This document shows positions 60,301-64,000 of a stretch of DNA of 64,000 bases, one piece after another. The notes under the pieces were generated by a model, which saw only the letters and a program-made list of their open reading frames with translations, was not told where the DNA came from and made no database searches. Location of the stretch: NCBI RefSeq assembly GCF_964194025.1, contig NC_134482.1:17794001-17858000 (forward strand), given 5' to 3'. A program made the translations under genes and the position numbers. The first letter of the stretch is position 1; every line of letters starts with the position of its first letter. The stretch is from Convolutriloba macropyga (Eukaryota).

Positions 60301-63257
60301 TTGTTGATGTTTTTTTAAAACATATATTTACATGGAACAGAATATGTTAACACTGAACAGAGATAAAACGGCAGTAATTGTTTTTCCAAAAGAGTCAGCA
60401 TCACAGTGAGCAATTCATTTTAATGGTAATATCATGACACCGAAAGTCAGTTGTCGTTATGTCACCTCAATGATTGACAACAAATTGTTATTTGACGCAG
60501 CGCTAAGCAAAATGTTGACAAAAAAATGCATTTTTTAACGATATAAATTTACTTAGTACGACACCTGATATCGTTACACGAAAAAAATATACTTTTTAAA
60601 TCACTAGTACTGTCAGATTTCAATTTTAGAGCAATTTTTTCTCCGATCCTTGCCAACTTCATCACATCAGAGAATAATTACGCAAATCTTTGAGGTATTA
60701 AGGTTTGACATATGCGTAGAAAAGTTTGATAGCGCATAAATTTGATAGAGAAAATTTTATCTCTGGAGCTCTTCATCGAAAAAACATTTTGTGTGGAGAA
60801 ATTTTGAGTAGAGAAGTTTTTTTGGATGAAAAGCTATGCAAGGGAAATTTTTTCCCGCTTTTGTCGAACGTTTATACCCCCAATTTATTTGCCTGTTTAT
60901 TCTCTGGAGCTATTTAGCTGGCACGGATTGGAGAATGATTGCGCTATAGTTAAAGTGCGACAAGACTAGTGGTTCAAAAACTGCAATGCTTGCTTGTAAC
61001 GGTATTAGTGGTCTTACTAAGGGCATTGATCTAATAGCAGTCCCCATTTTTGTCAACGTTTTGTTTTGCTCTGCGTCATTATTCAATTTGTTGTCAATCA
61101 GTAGGTTCAGATAGCGACAACTGACCTTCTGTTTTATAATGTTTACGTTAAAAGTTCTCGTTTTCTATTTTATTGAAGCATTACGGAGAAAGCAGTCAAG
61201 TGTCCGACAAGACCTCGTTCAAATTTTTGGGAAAATATGAGATGGGGGAAAACTGCCGAACGGTCCATTTTATCCAAACAAAATGTGTCAATCTAAGTGG
61301 AGTGAGTGATCAATAATCAGAAATTTCACCTACCAATATAATTCCGGAAAGAAAAAACAAAAAAAAAAAACAATTTGAAGAATTTAATTAGAGAAATGAT
61401 CAAAATACACAAACTTGCCCGATCGATAAACAAGTACAGGGTTTTAGAATTTATTTCTACTGTTAATATAAAGATTAGCATCAACAGATTAGAGACAAAT
61501 GTGTCCATAATACGATGCAAATTTCACATTTCAGTTCTCTCAGGTTTGTTCAAAATGTATTGAATAGTTTAGCTCTATAAAGATTGAAAATGAAGTCCAA
61601 AGGAAATAAAGTGAATATCGTGAGCGCTATTGAAATTTATTGACGAAAAACATCATTTGTTTAACGTTTGGAAGAAGAAGGCAAATGTTTCTGCTTATTA
61701 TACATACACAATAATCAAAATTGCCATCTGAAATAAATCGTCGACTGACTCTGTTATTTCATTTACTGAATCAATAAAAAACTTTTAGAAAATGAAACCG
61801 TTATTGGTATGTTTTAGATTTAGCAAAAGCTTTAAACTCAATTTCGCACAAAGTTTTGAAAAAGCAAAGTATGGTTTGGGCAATGAATCGAAAACTATGC
61901 TAGGAATAATTTATTCAGATTGGGTGACAATAAACCATGGAGTCCCTAAGGTAGCAGTCCTTGAGACCCTGATTTTTGTACTGTATATAAACGATTTGTC
62001 GGAAACTATGAAGAGCGGAGAATTTTTACAATTCGCAAATGACACGTATTGAATCTCACCCGTCACGGATCTGGAACTTCCATCGAAAATTGTTGATGTT
62101 TTTTTAAAACATATATTTACATGGAACAGAATATGTTAACACTGAACAGAGATAAAACGGCAGTAATTGTTTTTCCAAAAGAGTCAGCATCACAGTGAGC
62201 AATTCATTTTAATGGTAATATCATGACACCGAAAGTCAGTTGTCGTTATGTCACCTCAATGATTGACAACAAATTGTTATTTGACGCAGCGCTATGCAAA
62301 ATGTTGACAAAAAATGCATTTTTTAACGATATAAATTTACTTAGTACGACACCTGATATCGTTACACGAAAAAAATATACTTTTTAAATCACTAGTACTG
62401 TCAGATTTCAATTTTAGAGCAATTTTTTCTCCAATCCTTGCCAACTTCATCACATCAGAAAATAATTACGCAAATCTTTGAGGTATTAAGGTTTGACAGA
62501 TGCGTAGAAAAGTTTGATAGCGCATAAATTTGATAGAGAAAATTTTATCTCTAGAGCTCTTCATCGAAAAAACATTTTGTGTGGAGAAATTTTGAGTAGA
62601 GAAGTTTTTTTGGATGAAAAGCTATGCAAGGGAAATTTTTTCCCGCTTTTGTCGAACGTTTATACCCCCAATTTATTTGCCTGTTTATTCTCTGGGGCTA
62701 TTTAGCTGGCACGGATTGGAGAATGATTGCGCTATAGTTAAAGTGCGACAAGACTAGTGGTTCAAAAACTGCAATACTTGCTTGTAACGGTATTAGTGGT
62801 CTTACTAAGGGCATTGATCTAATAGCAGTCCCCATTTTTGTCAACGTTTTGTTTTGCTCTGCGTCATTATTCAATTTGTTGTCAATCAGTAGGTTCAGAT
62901 AGCGACAACTGACCTTCTGTTTTATAATGTTTACGTTAAAAGTTCTCGTTTTCTATTTTATTGAAGCATTACGGAGAAAGCAGTCAAGTGTCCGACAAGA
63001 CCTCGTTCAAATTTTTGGGAAAATATGAGATGGGGGAAAACTGCCGAACGGTCCATTTTATCCAAACAAAATGTGTCAATCTAAGTGGAGTGAGTGATCA
63101 ATAATCAGAAATTGCACCTACCAATATAATTCCGGAAAGAAAAAACAAAAAAAAACAATTTGAAGAATTTAATTAGAGAAATGATCAAAATACACAAACT
63201 TGCCCGATAGATAAACAAGTACAGGGTTTTAGAATTTATTTCTACTGTTAATATAAG
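56114..63257 (+). repeat. Tandem array of four ~1.79 kb units (LINE RT half plus 3' flank)
   Basis: AAAGATTAGCATCAACAGATT recurs at 56114, 57896, 59681 and 61470; the array ends near 63257; only scattered SNPs and homopolymer indels differ. Confidence 0.97.
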
Positions 63258-64000
63258 GACCAAACTTTTCATTTGTTTATTAAATGAATCTTAAAATGTA
63301 AATGTTTCACCAAACTTTTTGTTATGGTTTTGATCATTTAGGTTTTCTAGATTTAACAAAATGATCAGAAATTTTTTGTCTTATTTCTGTTCATCTGATA
63401 TATTAACCGTACTTAGTACCAACGCGTAGGACAGAACCTTCATCGTAATTTCAATTGTTAACGTAAATTAATAGTGAATCTAATTATGCATATCGCATTT
63501 TTAATGTTTTTGTGCTTGGAGTTGCACTGTATGTACTGGTGTTATAATTGTTCTATCAAAATTGTAAGGCATCTTGTAGAAATGATTTTTGGATTCAAGA
63601 AACCCTTTTTAGGGCTCTTACAATTGAATTGTTTCGAATTCTCAGTCGAATGTAGAATTAATTTCTCGGCATGATGAACAACTAGTCGTCCACGAAGCCT
63701 TCGGCATAAATGAAAACTTAGCTTTGTTCTGATGTTCTACTTTTTTCGGAAGATTAATCCACGTTTTGATTTCATACCTAGTGCAGAGGTTTTTCATTTT
63801 TGGTGAATTTTTTGTTCTTGTTAACTCTTAGATATCAAGTCATCAATGATAGTACAATTAATCAATTAATGTGCAAATTGTCGAAAACAAGAAGCAAGAA
63901 TAAGCTTTTTTTTCTGAGCAAGAAATGTCTCCTTGCAAAATAAAGAAATTTTATTTTGATAACTGCAAGAGTAATTTTCCTCCGAATATTCTAGTTTTTG

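Noticed and set aside
56433-62705. Repeated short ORFs (MKPLLVCF..., MIAHKFDR...) as a multicopy gene family
   Set aside because: They are frameshifted RT fragments copied by the tandem array; QG and FADD motifs are destroyed.

Overview
AT-rich eukaryotic genomic DNA, probably from an invertebrate animal (inference). (1) A complete Piezo mechanosensitive channel gene on + can be assembled from only 5 phase-compatible GT-AG exons (915-1007, 8018-10659, 18941-22970, 26378-26669, 27387-27763; 7434 nt, 2477 aa). Its introns hold non-autonomous Helentron-type elements (HINE/DINE-1-like, two families), MITEs and a tRNA-derived SINE head. (2) Just downstream is a decayed ~13.1 kb Maverick/Polinton (adintovirus-like) element (~28105-41239). 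It has ~1.28 kb TIRs, an AGTAGT terminus that folds into a ~210 nt hairpin, and remnants of a DEDD nuclease, packaging ATPase, integrase, minor and major capsid, core protein and adenain protease. It also has an internal 1.77 kb tandem duplication and PC4-like ORFs, shows no recognisable pPolB catalytic core, and carries an unexpected ORF with an HUH/Rep-like LH...EHYHVI motif. (3) A 2-exon ELMOD3-like gene, and an FHA-domain exon whose intron has an N-gap that probably hides a second Maverick (terminus plus CATAT(C) target-site duplication). (4) A decayed CR1/L2-group LINE (SGNH ORF1, 2A-like peptide, APE, RT); its RT half and flank are amplified as four ~1.79 kb tandem units. All family calls are motif recognition by eye; no searches were run.
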